In this document: positions 39,901 through 51,478 of the stretch, piece after piece
How positions within the stretch are numbered: position 1 is the stretch's first letter
How the letters are laid out: each line of letters starts with the position of its first letter
Assembly: GCA_964036045.1 (NCBI GenBank)
Contig: OZ038378.1
Coordinates: 200,446,001-200,510,000 of the forward strand
Origin: Eutreptiella sp. 'Long Island Sound 2002'
Lineage: Eukaryota > Protista > Euglenida
Length of the DNA: 64,000 nt
Direction of reading: 5' to 3'
Made by a program: the position numbers and the translations under genes
Notes under the pieces: generated by a model
What the model saw: the letters and a program-made list of their open reading frames with translations, nothing else
What the model was told of the DNA's origin: nothing
Database searches by the model: none

Positions 39901-42900
39901 CCCACGTCCATGGCCATCAGGTCCGTCGCCTGCACCACTGCGAAGTGGCACACGGACGCGGCGCGGGGGCCCGGGCATCCGCCCACATGTGCGTTGCTGG
40001 ACGGCTGGGGATGGGTGGGGATGGGTCTGCAGCTAATTATGGATGGCATATATCATACCAGGATCACCGACAGAAAGGGGCCTAAGGCTTGGTGCTTGTT
40101 GTCTGCACCGACCTGACAAGACTCCTGCGACTTGGCAGACGGTGTGTGTGTGGGGGGGGGGGGGCATATGAAGGAGGGACACCAGCATGGGTCAGCGGGG
40201 TCGACTGGCCTCCAGGATCACAGGCCATATGTGGGGTCTGGCAACAAGGCCGGCAGAAGGCCAGATCCCTGGATCTGATGGCCACGCTCTGTTGCGAATC
40301 GGAGGGACGCGGGGGAGGAGGGCTGACCAATGGAGGCCAGGGACAGCACAGACTTGTCGGTGCAGCCGGTGTATCGTGCTTGTTCCAGTGTGACAGAGGG
40401 CACCCTCCGGACTGTCGGGCGGCTGAAGCTGGGCTGCGCGGCACTTACTGTGCATCGCGTGGAAGCTGCGGGGCTCTTCTTTGGGTATTGGGCTGACGAG
40501 GCCTGTGGGCAGACATTCTGGCGTGCCACCGTTGCCTCATGGCGGGTGTGTTTCGTGGGGGCTAAGGCTTTCTGTTCGCAGGTGAGGGGGAGTGGAGGTT
40601 TTAGTGGATGGAGACTGGAGGCACTGCCATGACCACCTGTGGGCAGGAAGAGAGTCGGGCGTCACCCCCTCCGACGTTTCACCGGCGGAAACTCCGGGGG
40701 GGGCGTACGATACGCAAGGCCGGGGACGGCAATGGACTGGCGGCTCGGACTGAGGAGGGCACGGGGGCTGGCAGTAGAGTTGGGGGTGGGGCAGCCTGCA
40801 GCCCGGCCCCCATACCCTACCAGAGATACCGACGAGAGAACGCAGAAGTGTGCAGGTCCAAGGCCTTCCTGGGGTCCCTTGTGGAGGCCAGACGGGCCCC
40901 TCCGGCCGCTGGCGCACCCGTTCTGGGGAGACGGCAGAGGCAGAAGGGGCCAAAGGCAGTGCAGAGCATTGCAGAGGACGTGGGAGTAGAGGGAGGGCAA
41001 CGGCGCAGCAGATGTGGGGGCGGGGCAGAGCCACACGCTCGCACCGAAGCACCGATCGGCACGTACCTGTGACACGCAGCACCCCCTCGGGGCGGGGCTG
41101 TTTCAGCAGCGCGAGGTCCACTGCGGGATCAACACTGACTTTGTACGCCATGCGATTGGGCGTCCCCAGAACCCCCGCGAACGCGTCGTCGATCATCCGC
41201 CGCACGGCGCTGTAGACGCCGGGCAGGTCCGCCACGTTGCCGATGCCGCGGAAATCCAGGTCCACCGTCGGGGGGTTCGTGAACGTCATCTCCACGCCGC
41301 CGATGAACGGGATCTCGTTCAGGAGCGGGCGGAACAGGAGGCTGAACGTGCCGCTGATGCTGATGCTGGAGACCCCCACGCTAGCGATGGAGCTGTTCAG
41401 GATGATCTCCACATCGGACAGGTAGCTGAGCCCTACTTCCAGCTCCACGCCGCCCTTTCCGGGTGAAGGGCTGTTGCAGCCGGCAGCACGATGCCGGATC
41501 GGACCGAACCTGTCGGAGGAGGAGGAGGAGGAGGAGCACACGCCTGGCCGACCCCAATGGCAGCAGTACAAGCCCGCGTTACCGTGCGGCACGTACCACG
41601 GAACGCATTGTTGCAGGCATACGCCACCCCTACCCCAGGCCCTGACCCAGCAAACCTCCCAAAATACAAGAGCACATGGGAGCACACCCATACCAACACT
41701 TCGCCACCCACATTGACCCTTCCTGCAGCCTGCACACCGCGACAAACCACATTCTCTATTGCATCGGGACCGCAAAAAACGATGGTTCCAGAAAAGATCC
41801 AAAAGTGCGGAAACACGGGGTCGCTATGTTTGGACAAGCCCGTGTTTGGACATGGGGGGACAAGTGGGGGGATGACTGTGGCCACCCAAACGCGCATGCT
41901 CCGTCAGATGGTGTAGCCCCGCCTCCACACACAGAAACCCGCAAACACACGGCCGCCCGCGCGTGCTCACGTGCAGACCCGTTTCGCATCGGCTCGCCCC
42001 CAAACGGTGCAGGGGGCGCACGGAGAAAATGAGCTCATGTTGGACTCCTTGTTCCGTGTGGGGGGGTCGGGTGTCTGGCATTTCGTCACACACCATCAGC
42101 ACCTCCTCCCAACTGCCCTCAGCCGTTCGGCAATGAGATACCTTCGGTGGTCCGGGTGGGGTCATGCACCAGGCGTCCAGGTGCGCACTCAGCATATCGG
42201 CGCTCAGTGAGGAAGGACAACGACACGGTAATTGCACACAAGGGGGAGCCGGGGGGGCAGAAGGGGGGGGGGGGGCAGCAAGGGAAACCCCCGAGAGGAT
42301 TGCTGTCTGCAGCGGGCGGCGCCTATTGGCCTGTCGCCACTGACCCTTGTCCTTCCCATGAGTGGGTTGGTGGCGGTGCCCCCCCGGTGACTTGCCACCC
42401 AATGCCCCTGCTCTGTCGGTGCTCCTTATCCCTTCCTCGTCGGGTCCCGGACTTCCTCTGTTTTGCAACTCCGTGTCGGGTCTGCACGGAGGAGGGCAAC
42501 GGCCCTCGCCGCTGGTCACGCGCGTCCACGGGGACATCCCGTGCGGGTGGTGCGCGGCTCTCGGCAGCGACTCTTGGGCCCTACCTCCGAGGGCATGGGG
42601 GGGGGCGGGGCAGTGCACTCATGTGGGCGGAGGGGCAAAGTCACACAGCTGCACGGGCCGGGGAGGGGGGCCAGACGCCCAAGCAAACCTCCTGACACCG
42701 GCCTCAACGTTCGGGCCTCTTTCATGTCCCCCCCTGCCAAGATTTCCACTGCAGCCGGGTGCATGACTGCGGTGGTCGGCTGCGGTTGGTCAGGGCCCCA
42801 AACGGGAGGGGGGCCGGAGCCTGGGAGAAGGGCTCCCGCCTTCTGACCCATGCCGAAAGGCCCGCCCCCGGCAGGTGCACATGAACCCTGAGGAGGCCCC

Positions 42901-44816
42901 CCCTGGACGCCTCTCCCATAGATCCCACAAGGCGGCGGAGCGCCCGGAACCGGCCAGCGCCGGTCCCACGCAGGACCACAAGGCAGCGCCAAGTGGCTGT
43001 GCATGACCTCCCAGTGCCAGCGAGGTCACCCGCCACGTACCCCCCCCCCCTTGTATAAGCTACGCCAAAGTCCCAAATTAATACGGTCCCTACGCCTACT
43101 GTTGCTTGGACACGGGCGTAGCTTGCGCGCGACACATACAACTACCAACACCGGGCGCCCAGGTTCAAAAAGAGAGGATTGCACGGTGAGCCAGTTCAAG
43201 AAAGGGGCATATAATGCACAAACATCCCCAAAATCAGAGCTACGTGGGTTCAAGTGGCAAACACTCACAACAAATGTGTCCATGACTCCATGTGACTCGC
43301 AAATCCGTCACCAAACCCATGTTTTATGTGGCTGCACTACGTTTGGTATCGAATTAAAATTAGGTCCCAAATTAATACGGTCCCTACGCCTACTGTAGCT
43401 TGGACAAGGGCGTAGCTTATTCATGAGCGGTGGAAAGTCCAGCGACAGGTCCCCACCGACAGACCCACGCTCTCACAATGTGCAGAGTCATCAATACGGC
43501 GGCGAAGCCGCCGCCACAGATCGTTCATAGATACGGCGCCGGAGGCGCCGCAACAGATAGTGCTACTCTCCCTCCCTTCGGTCAGGTGCACTTTCAGCCT
43601 CTGCGCCTCTTGGGGTTAGTGCTGACATCCGTACTGAATCCTGACGACGAGCCCCCCCCTTCCGATCCCTCACTCGAGGTAGACGCACTCTCCATGTCCT
43701 CCGCCTCCGACACTGTCGTAGATGAGAACTCTGACCTCTGTGAGCTGGACACCTCCGACGACATCTCTTCCAGCCCCAAGTCCTCCCACATTGGTTCTAT
43801 CCGCGGTCTCTTGGCCACAGGCCTGTCATTGTTCGGATGGGACATGCGCCCTGCTTCTGCCAGGGCATCCGCCTCCTCATTACCCTGCACCCCGAGGTGT
43901 GACGGGATCCAGTGGATCTGCAGCTCGTCCCCCGCCCGTCCAAGGGCGTAGCTTATACAAGGGGGGGGGGGGGTACAACTCGTGCACGTGGGAGCCCAGC
44001 AACACGCACTCGCAAACAATGCATGAGCAAAAGTTCGTCCATCTGCAACGCTCACCAGGGGGTCCTTGAGGGGGAAGGACATCTCGGTGTTTACCCTTGA
44101 CCCAACGAATGTGCACACCACCATAAAGGCAGCAACCAGAGCACTACACACCACAAAGTTTCAGATCAACAAGCCAAAAATCCATTCAAAATTGTTGTTG
44201 GTAAAGACAAGACACATGGACCTTCAACCGCAGTCGTTACTTAAGGAACAAAAAAGCCAGTAACCAGCGGTTGAGGGTCAACCGCTGGCCCAGAGGGTGG
44301 CCCTTAAGGGGCGGTCCTCGGTGAAAATAAAAGAAAACTCCGTTCTTAAAGGACCGCCCTGACGCTCACGCTACCACGGCCAGAGCCGCACCTGATGGGC
44401 TGCTTGCCGATAGAACACGTCTTGAAGCGGATGTTCGCCCCAGGGATCGGCAGTGAGGCTTTGATCATGGGCTCGTAACTCCGAATCATGTTTTCTGCGT
44501 ACTCTGTGATGCCTGGCCACATCTGCTTCACGAGAAAGTTCATCCACTCGAGACTCTCCCCCTCTTCTTGCGCCAAGCTCTCCAGCCTCGCCAGTTCCGG
44601 CGCCGCGGCCTCTCTCTTGGCCTCGTCAAGGGCCTTCTGACTGAAGAGCCCTGTCACCGGCGCCAACACATCCGCGAACGCGGTTACCACAGCCAGCATC
44701 GGTGCGGCGCCCAGCAAAAGCGCGGAGAGCACCGGACGCATGCCGCCTCGGCGGGCGAGCATCAGCAGCGCGGCTCCCCATGCCCCCAAAAGCGAGAGGC
44801 GTAGCGGAGGCATCAT
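31831..44816 (-). CDS. ESYT: Extended synaptotagmin/tricalbin-like protein, spliced model join(44816-44392, 41509-41067, 39937-39498, 38556-38329, 32292-31831), 665 aa
   Basis: Five exons (425+443+440+228+462 = 1998 nt) join in frame at GT-AG boundaries with matching phases. Domain order: hydrophobic N-terminus, SMP-like region (ESLEWMNFLVKQMWP...FTNPPTVDLDF), C2 (LRVTVVQATDL..SDPYVRV..VFDED..DDALG), second C2 (LEFIVKEVTGLP..NPQFEE). Family call is by motif recognition; exact orthology untested. Confidence 0.9.
33266..34427. repeat. G-run minisatellite, (CATT-G5-9)n, in ESYT intron 4
   Basis: Many degenerate units of about 10-13 bp, GGCATTGGGGGG or GTCATTGGGG, with a short embedded duplication at about 33650-33750. 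Confidence 0.95.
36880..36989. repeat. Compound (CA)n microsatellite
   Basis: Long CA run with few interruptions; shorter CA/GT runs at about 5640, 13335, 37255 and 38050. Confidence 0.95.
38329..38556 (-). CDS. ESYT: ESYT-like exon 4 (start of second C2 plus helical insertion)
   Basis: Acceptor TTCTCAG|GTC, donor CAG|GTCGCT, 76 codons, phase 0/0. Confidence 0.85.
38860..39227. mobile_element. Tc1/mariner-like MITE in ESYT intron 3
   Basis: TA|CAGGGG...CCCCCTG|TA; same subterminal motifs as 18625-19347. Confidence 0.8.
39498..39937 (-). CDS. ESYT: ESYT-like exon 3 (first C2 domain)
   Basis: Acceptor TTCGCAG|TG completes LRVT-VVQA; acidic C2 loop motifs SDPY and FDEDRASADD; donor GAG|GTGCCC. 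Confidence 0.92.
41067..41509 (-). CDS. ESYT: ESYT-like exon 2 (SMP domain)
   Basis: Acceptor (CCT)n-CCGACAG|G; donor ACAG|GTACGT; encodes FGPIR...GGVELEVGLSY...PEGVLRVT. Confidence 0.92.
43040..43973. mobile_element. C-run-TIR MITE in ESYT intron 1 with a nested LINE fragment
   Basis: TA|C11-TTGTATAAGCTACGCC ... GGCGTAGCTTATACAA-G13|TA. Confidence 0.88.
43421..43940 (-). mobile_element. 5'-truncated non-LTR retrotransposon fragment (RNase H C-terminus, acidic Ser-rich tail, 3'UTR)
   Basis: LQIHWIPSHLGVQGNEEADALAEAG is the RNase H C-terminal motif; flanked by the 16-bp direct repeat CAAGGGCGTAGCTTAT (43405-43420 and 43941-43956). Confidence 0.85.
44392..44816 (-). CDS. ESYT: ESYT-like exon 1 (TM hairpin and start of SMP domain)
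   Basis: ATG at 44816 (MMPPLRLSLL...KTCSIGKQPI); donor AG|GTGCGG, phase 2. Confidence 0.85.
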
Positions 44817-44828
44817 TGAAGCAGTGAT

Positions 44829-44850
44829 GCTGCAACAAGAGCACAGGGCA
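44829..44850 (-). promoter_or_regulatory. Splice-acceptor-like site 13 nt upstream of the ESYT ATG (possible trans-splice acceptor or 5'UTR intron acceptor)
   Basis: Minus strand reads GTGCTCTTGTTGCAG|CATCACTGCTTCA-ATG. Confidence 0.5.
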
Positions 44851-45424
44851 AAACCCTGCCCTTCGACCTTTGACAAGCAAAATCTAGTCCCACCCGGCCA
44901 TGGGGTTTGGGGAATTTTGGACAGGGTGTAGTTTCAATTGCTTGAAAGGGGACGGAGAGTTGGGAGTCAGCGGTGGTGCCAATACAATGTTCACGTGAAA
45001 GACATTCTCCATGGAATGTAGTCCAGTTCACCCTGCAACCCACATGCGATGCTGCACTTTCTTCCCATTTTTCTTGATTGGTTCTTGAACACATCGGAAG
45101 AGAATTCTTTTTGAAATCCTTCTTTCTTGTTTGCTGTGCCTTCCATGGAACTGCACCCAGCGGTCTTGCAGTTGCTGTGTAGGTCGCATGTCAAAATTGT
45201 GGACCGCATGCCAAACTCAACCCTATAACCTTTTGCCTCGGACTGCGGGTGTATGGCTGGGTTAATTCGACATTCCAGAGGCTGTATAGTAGTGAGGTTC
45301 AGACAGATCTCATGGCATCGTGTGCAATGGAACCTCATCATCCGCAGCCACCAGGAAGCCCCCCCCCCCCCCGGGATTCTGCGGAAGGTGACAATGATGG
45401 GATATTATGCGGGGATCAGCAGTA

Positions 45425-46087
45425 CCCTGCGCCCCCCCCCCCCCCTTGAAATCTCCCCCTGTAGAGCGCGACGGTCTACCCCTCGGGGGGGGGGGGAGAC
45501 GGTCGCCAAGTGACGGTCTACCCCCCGGGGGGTGCAAGGGTATTGCAAAGCAAACTGTGGTACCCTCCACTGATGCAAGCACACAGAACACAAGCAAAGC
45601 GACTTCCAGCATTGATGCTCTTCCGACATGATTCATGTAACACGGATGTCATTGGGGGTCCAACGGAACGGTAAAGAATTTCTGGGTACGAGAATAGCGC
45701 ACTTTGAATTGTTGCACATATTCAGTTTGCATAACGGTCAGAGGGTGTGTGGCGCCGGCTGATGAAGAGGAGGCACATGGGCATGGAGCTGGTTTGGCAA
45801 CCGGTTTAAAGCCCGCTTGCGCAACCCGACCAGCCTGGTTGGGGGCTGGCTTTGCTCTTGCCTTGAGGGGACACGACACCCTGTAAACCGCCTTTGGAGA
45901 GAGAATATCACAGAATACACACAGGTGACTGATTCGAAGTAATGGGAAAGCAATGCAAGAACCTGTATGTGACAGATGGGGAACACAAACCACCGCAATA
46001 GATATTGCCTAGCAAAACAGTGAAGTGACCCCCCCCCCCAGGAGGGGGGGGGGGTGCAAGGGGGAGGTTTTAAGGGGGGGGGGGGGG
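45425..46087. mobile_element. TA-flanked C-run-TIR element with ORF relic
   Basis: TA|CCC..C(n)TTGAAATCTCCCCC ... GGGGGAGGTTTTAAG(n)|TA; internal minus peptide KPVAKPA..QTEYVQQFKVRYSRTQKFFTVPL. Confidence 0.75.
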
Positions 46088-46089
46088 TA

Positions 46090-47050
46090 GTTCTGATGAT
46101 CCTTCAACCAAACCGATGCCTACGTGTTGCATGACCCCTACTCCCCTTGTGCTATCACTGGCGAACCCGTCTGATGGGTCGTTTTTCTGACCATGGTTTT
46201 GTGGTCGAGAACGCACGATGACATGTTTATGAGGCGGTTGGTGGGAAAGAGGGGCTGGGTCATCCTGGTGAAGAGTTGTTTCTGCTCAGAACAGTGTTCT
46301 GCCTGAGATTGCTATCCACTTCAGTCATTCTGATGCGATTCTGAGCTGCTGTTGCTGCGGTGGGGGCCGACTCCCACAAGGAGCGCTTTGGGGTCACGCA
46401 TTAGCACGGATGTCTAAGCCTGGGCTCCCCATGGTTGCAGAAGGGGGAGCTTCAGCAACTGTTGATCGGTTTTTGCCGGGTTGCTGTTGCTTCGTCAGCC
46501 TACAAGCATTAAATGGGTGTAACACCATGCCCTTTTCTGCCCAGCTGTCCGCTCCTTTGTTTCCAACCAAACCTATATGCGACGGCCCCCGGATGACCTT
46601 AATCTTTCCTAATGCTTCAAGACCCACTGCGATGAATAACACACGCATCTTTCTACCTCTTAAGGCCCTCTTACGATACTCTTCTCTCTAGCTATTGCTT
46701 TTCCCATCTGCGACAATCCCCTGTATTGTACATGTTCTGTCTTAGAAACTGCGTGCAGTTGCATGGTGTAGCTGGTGCCAGAGTGCTTGGCATGGGTCAC
46801 AGCGGAGTGGGCAATAGCCTCCCCCGCCGAAGGTGGCTTGACAGGTGCACAACAATGCGGGAATGTTTCCGAAGGTCCATACACTGACAAGAGTGTTCAA
46901 CAAGGCGTGGGAAGGGCCATCAAAAACCCCAGACCTTGACGCACCCTCGTCCTTCATCTTGACTAGGCTGGCTGAGGAATGTTGCAAATGAAAAGATCCA
47001 AAGGGGTTCAACAGTTGGGCACTGCCATCCCTTTTGAACATCAACCTACA
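46090..47050 (-). pseudogene. Decayed RNase H-bearing retroelement, related to 43421-43940
   Basis: RDGSA, GVFDGPSHALLN and GPSHIGLVGNKGADSWAEKG..HPFN occur in the correct order, with frameshifts. Confidence 0.55.
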
Positions 47051-48839
47051 GGAGTCAATAACCCTTGCTACACATGTTTGCCTCTGGGCAGGACAGTCCA
47101 GCCCTGTTTTATTCAGATCCCCCAGAAATTTGCGTTGCACAACCAGCAACTGTTGGCAGTTACCCAGCCAACCTCCTTGCCTGCCTCTTGTCCGCGGGAT
47201 CCTGGTCGCCCTCGGTCAATGGCCCACTGCAGTCCCTGATACAAAAACCAGATTCATTCAGGCCCCCCTACCCTCACTGCAGATTTTTGGTTGCACTCCC
47301 CCCTGCAATCCCACATTTTGCCATACCCATCACATTTTTGCAAACTTTTTTTTGTGTTCCGGCGCTAGGTGTGTGAGGTACAGCCTCAATCTTGGGACCT
47401 CTAGCTTCACACGGGTGAGGTGTGTTCTCAAGAAGGACACCACACGGGGCAACACTTGGGTGCAAACTATCACATCTATGTAGCGTGGCTACCACGATCC
47501 AGGTTGAAGAACCTGGATCAACACTAATGTCATGAGGGTCCAGTGTCTACTTGAAACTGTTGCGTATCGCTGCTGTTGCCAGCACAGCGCCAGACTGCCA
47601 TTGCACTGTTGCAAAACATTTTTCTGGTCTTTAGACGGGGGGGGGGGGTTGGAAGAAACGCTGGCTGTTACAGCCCGTTTCAAAGCACCCCCAAGATAGT
47701 GGAACAGCTGTATCCCGTTGGGCTTGTGTGGAAACCTTTTGAATTTACCCCCATATCTGACATGATGCATGTTTACATGATACGTGACAGGTATACATGC
47801 TCGTCTGCCGTTGTTGGTCTTACGCCTTATGCATGCTAAAATGTTGAACAACATTTTGCCTCTTGTGTTACGGCCTGTGCGTGACCATGGTCCAAAATTT
47901 CTGGTGCTTTGTCTGCCAATTTCACGGCGCTTCCGCCGCAAAATGCGAGGGCCGTTGACTGTTGAAATTGATGAGGTACAACTTTTGTCCTGAAAGGGTT
48001 GGCATTCCATTCAATAAATTGACAAGTTTAGGCTTTATTTGCTAGTCTGAAAAGACGAGCACTGGGTGATTGCCGATGAAACTTGCTTTTCTTTCCAAGG
48101 GTCTCTGGGTTTTGGAACTTGTTTCCCTCTTCATTGAAAAATGACTGTGTTGGAGGTGGAGTGCCACGGCGTGCTGCGCTAAGCATACACCACTTTAGAC
48201 ACCGCCTTTATACCTAAACTGGTACGAGTGCCAGGCCCCTGATGGGCATTTGCAGCTCTTCAGAGTCAAATACTCCCCCCACAAAACATGGCAACTTTTA
48301 TTCCTGGTCGTCTGTGCTGCCACCCTCCTTCATAATCCCTTTTTTTTTTTGCAACAGGCCTGCGCTGAGTAGCGATAAGGCTCTCGGGTTCACAACCCGG
48401 TCTCTGCATCAGTGCTGCAGGGTGCAGTACAGTCACCCGATATATCGTGTGGCCGAAAAGGCAAACCCGGATCTGTGCCTGCAGAGGATACCAATGCATG
48501 ATAGTGCAGCGGGTACTGCCATGCCGAAGCAACCCAAAAGTTCAGGGAGTTAAGGATTCAACAAGGATTCACTGAGGTTCCTATCTGTGCGGTTTCATAA
48601 TTTGGCGGTTGTACACAAATACGTTTGCTGTCATCTACATGCAAAGCCAAAAGCAAGGAAAGGGGCATTCCACGCATTGGGTTAGGGGTCCCACCGTTGC
48701 AGGCGAAGGCATGGGCGGTAGGGGACAGGTGGGCTGATCTGACTGTCACCCAGCATCTGCCCAGCATCTGCTTAACTCGTGACGAGACGAAGATAGTGGC
48801 TTGCTGAGAGTAAGCAACCCATAAGGGCGGTTTTTAGCC

Positions 48840-49208
48840 GCGCGCTGCAGCGGCTGTGCGGCCGGCTGCTGCCCTGAAGACGCCAGTCCGAACCTCCCAA
48901 GGGGGATACGAGGAGGAGATGCGGCTCCCGTCGGCTGGCGGTACCGGTGACGAGGGGCACTGCTGCAGGTGTGTTGTGCCTGGTGCCTTGTTTTTGCTAT
49001 GTACTATGATCTGTGGACTGGGCATAAAAACTACGAGGACGAGACACGCCACCCATCCATCGGCGGTACCGATGGTGGAGGGGGATGCTGAAGGGGGCGG
49101 TGGCGGGGGCCTTGCCAACGGGCTCCTGGACGGACGGACGAACCGGGGCTTGAACCCCCGACGACGACGAGCGCCACCCATGGCGCATACCACTAGACCG
49201 TCCATGCC
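48840..49208 (-). mobile_element. tRNA-derived SINE-like repeat, copy 1
   Basis: 5' head has A-box-like CGGTCTAGTGG and B-box-like GGTTCAAGCC; diverged second copy at 53508-53895. Confidence 0.6.
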
Positions 49209-49249
49209 TCTTGACCTATTTGGCGCAAAAAGGGTTCAACCCTGACATG

Positions 49250-51470
49250 ACATTACTGCAGGGGTGGGTTCAGTGTTAGTCCTCTCAAACCAGATTGGTA
49301 TCGTGGGCTCCATCCCGTGCAGGGCCCAGTGTGGTGTGTGGGGGGGCCATAGGCCCAGCCCGTGCGTTGTGCAGACTGACAAAAACATTGAGTCCGGCGC
49401 CTTACCCCATGGTATACGGCAGAGATGATTCGCCGCTGTCTTCCAGGCAAAGACGTGACATGGCTGCAAGTGGCTCCCATGAATGCCTGCCTGTAGGAGC
49501 GCAACGTTTCGGCATGACAGACTGAGTGTGTGGTGTGGTATGTGAGGGGGCCACAGGCCCAACCCCTGAATTGCACAAGGATTCATGTGTTGTGGACCCG
49601 GCGCTGTTCCCTTTGGTATTCGTTGAAAATTTGTTGCCAATGCCGGCCAAGCAGGAAGGCGGCATGGTTGCAGATGGCCGCCATACTTGCATGTCTGTAG
49701 GTTCGGGCATGACAGGCACAGAATAGCGTGTGTGTGTGGTGCGGTGATGTGCAGCCGTTGCTTGCCCCATAAAAATTTGTTCCTTGACTTTGAACATTGC
49801 GTGTGCATGGTACTGCTGCCACCCCTGGCACACTGTCCGAACTGCCGCCAAGTATATTTGGTTGGCTCATCCAATCATCCGGTCGCGCTGTCCCAACACA
49901 TAATGCAGGTACGTGCTCAGCCGTGTCCCCGAATGAGTGATGAAATGACGCTGCTCCAGTGAGTTTGTCGCCGCCAACTGGTAATTGCGCATCATAGTTG
50001 CCACCTCCGTGCAATGTTCCAGTAGGAGGACAGGTCGAGGGGATTCCATGGAGGGTGATTGGTCAGCTTCGCACAGGTGATCTAGTAGCTGTAGTTTGAT
50101 GACGGGGTTGCACACTTGGGCCAGACGGAGGATGCGTGCTTTATTCGCTGTGGTAAGGGGTACCTGGGGCAGTTCTGTCGCCTGCTTGGTCGGGTCCTTG
50201 GTCTGTTGTGTGTGTGCGGGCTGCCATTTTTGCTTTGCCTGACGATATCAAACTTGTTCACTTAAGTTCTTTTCAGTAGGATTAGGTTGGGTGACCCGAC
50301 CACGGAGCTTTCCATACCACGGGCTGAATGACGTGGGGGTGGGGATGGGTTGCCCTGGAATACGCGGCGGCATGGGCAGTGTGCTTCGTAGCGTCGTAAC
50401 TCCCAATAGGACGTGGTACTGGAACCATGCTACCCGATAGCGGGTGTTTGCCTTGGCCTTAAGCGGGAGTGTGTCAATGAAGGTGTTGGGAATTCGGAGG
50501 CAAGATACCTGTTTGAGATCGTTGGCGGTTGCAGTAAGGAGCCAGTCGTGGGCCTGCTGGTGCCACTCCCCCCAAGAATGGGTCCATAGATTGATGAAGG
50601 AGGGTCGCCATTTGGGGCAAGAGATGAGACGTTGATGAGCGGTGGTGCCGTGGTGTTGCCCGCATAGCTGGCACTCCATAATCTGCTTTTCCCATGGTGC
50701 GCCACAAGCTTCCCATCGCATGTTGCCCCAGAGCCAGGTGTGCCAGAGGCGTCGGCGCGTGCCTTTCAGGGGTAACAAAGTCATCCAATGTGTTCCGCGG
50801 AATCCAACCATACTTCGGCATTCCAGGACCCATTTGCGTGCAAGGGTAGGCGCATGGCCTCCCCCAATGACAACGTGACTGACGTCAGTGGGGTCAACGT
50901 CCGAAGTGGCAGGCCTGCCGCTTTTTTGCCCCACCTGTCAACTTCGTTGTTGCGCTGGATGTCCTCTCGGTCCTGCTTGGTACATGCTTGGACGAGTTCT
51001 TGGTGCCCTGGTATCCACCGCATGGGGATCGGATTGCCTTGTGTGTTGCTGTAGATGAATTCTCGCTGGTCACGATCAGCACATTGCCGGTGTGGCGGCG
51101 TTTGGCACCACCGTACTACTACCTAGTTGTCGAGCGTGAGTGTGTCCTCTGGAGCGCGCAATTGAGTGAGCATAGCCCGTGGCTGGAGCTCGGCCCTGTA
51201 GGATGTATGTGGTCCTGTGATTCGGGCGATGACAATGAGTGGGCCACACGTCAGGGAGCAACCTGCTCAGGAGTATTCACCGTGGTCCATGTGGCTGATG
51301 AGCTTGCTGCTGTCACGGTGACACTTGTTGCCGCTGCGGGCCTTGTTGTTGGTGTACGCTTCATGGCCCGCTATGATGCACTTGGTGAAGCCGGGCGGGA
51401 CTTCTCCGTCCGCTAGAATGGGCTTGGTGCATTCTGACGCAATGTATTTTCGTGACAGCGATTCGTCTCC
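49250..51470 (-). mobile_element. Decayed non-LTR retrotransposon 3' half: RNase H, CCHC knuckle, long C-terminal extension
   Basis: VIARITGPHTSYRAELQ..TLDN*..RWIPGH..NNEVDRWGKKAA in one frame with stops; then C-x2-C-x8-H-x5-C (CQLCGQHHGTTAHQRLISC, about 50620-50675). Confidence 0.75.
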
Positions 51471-51478
51471 AAAATCAG

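Noticed and set aside
40537-41802. 421-aa single-exon ORF
   Set aside because: Only 41067-41509 is coding. The flanks are intron read-through, shown by clean splice sites and loss of domain similarity.
47489-48240. Possible RT/thumb region upstream of the 46-47 kb RNase H relic
   Set aside because: YLG-like and GG-like motifs appear in the wrong order and in different frames, so they cannot be told from chance.
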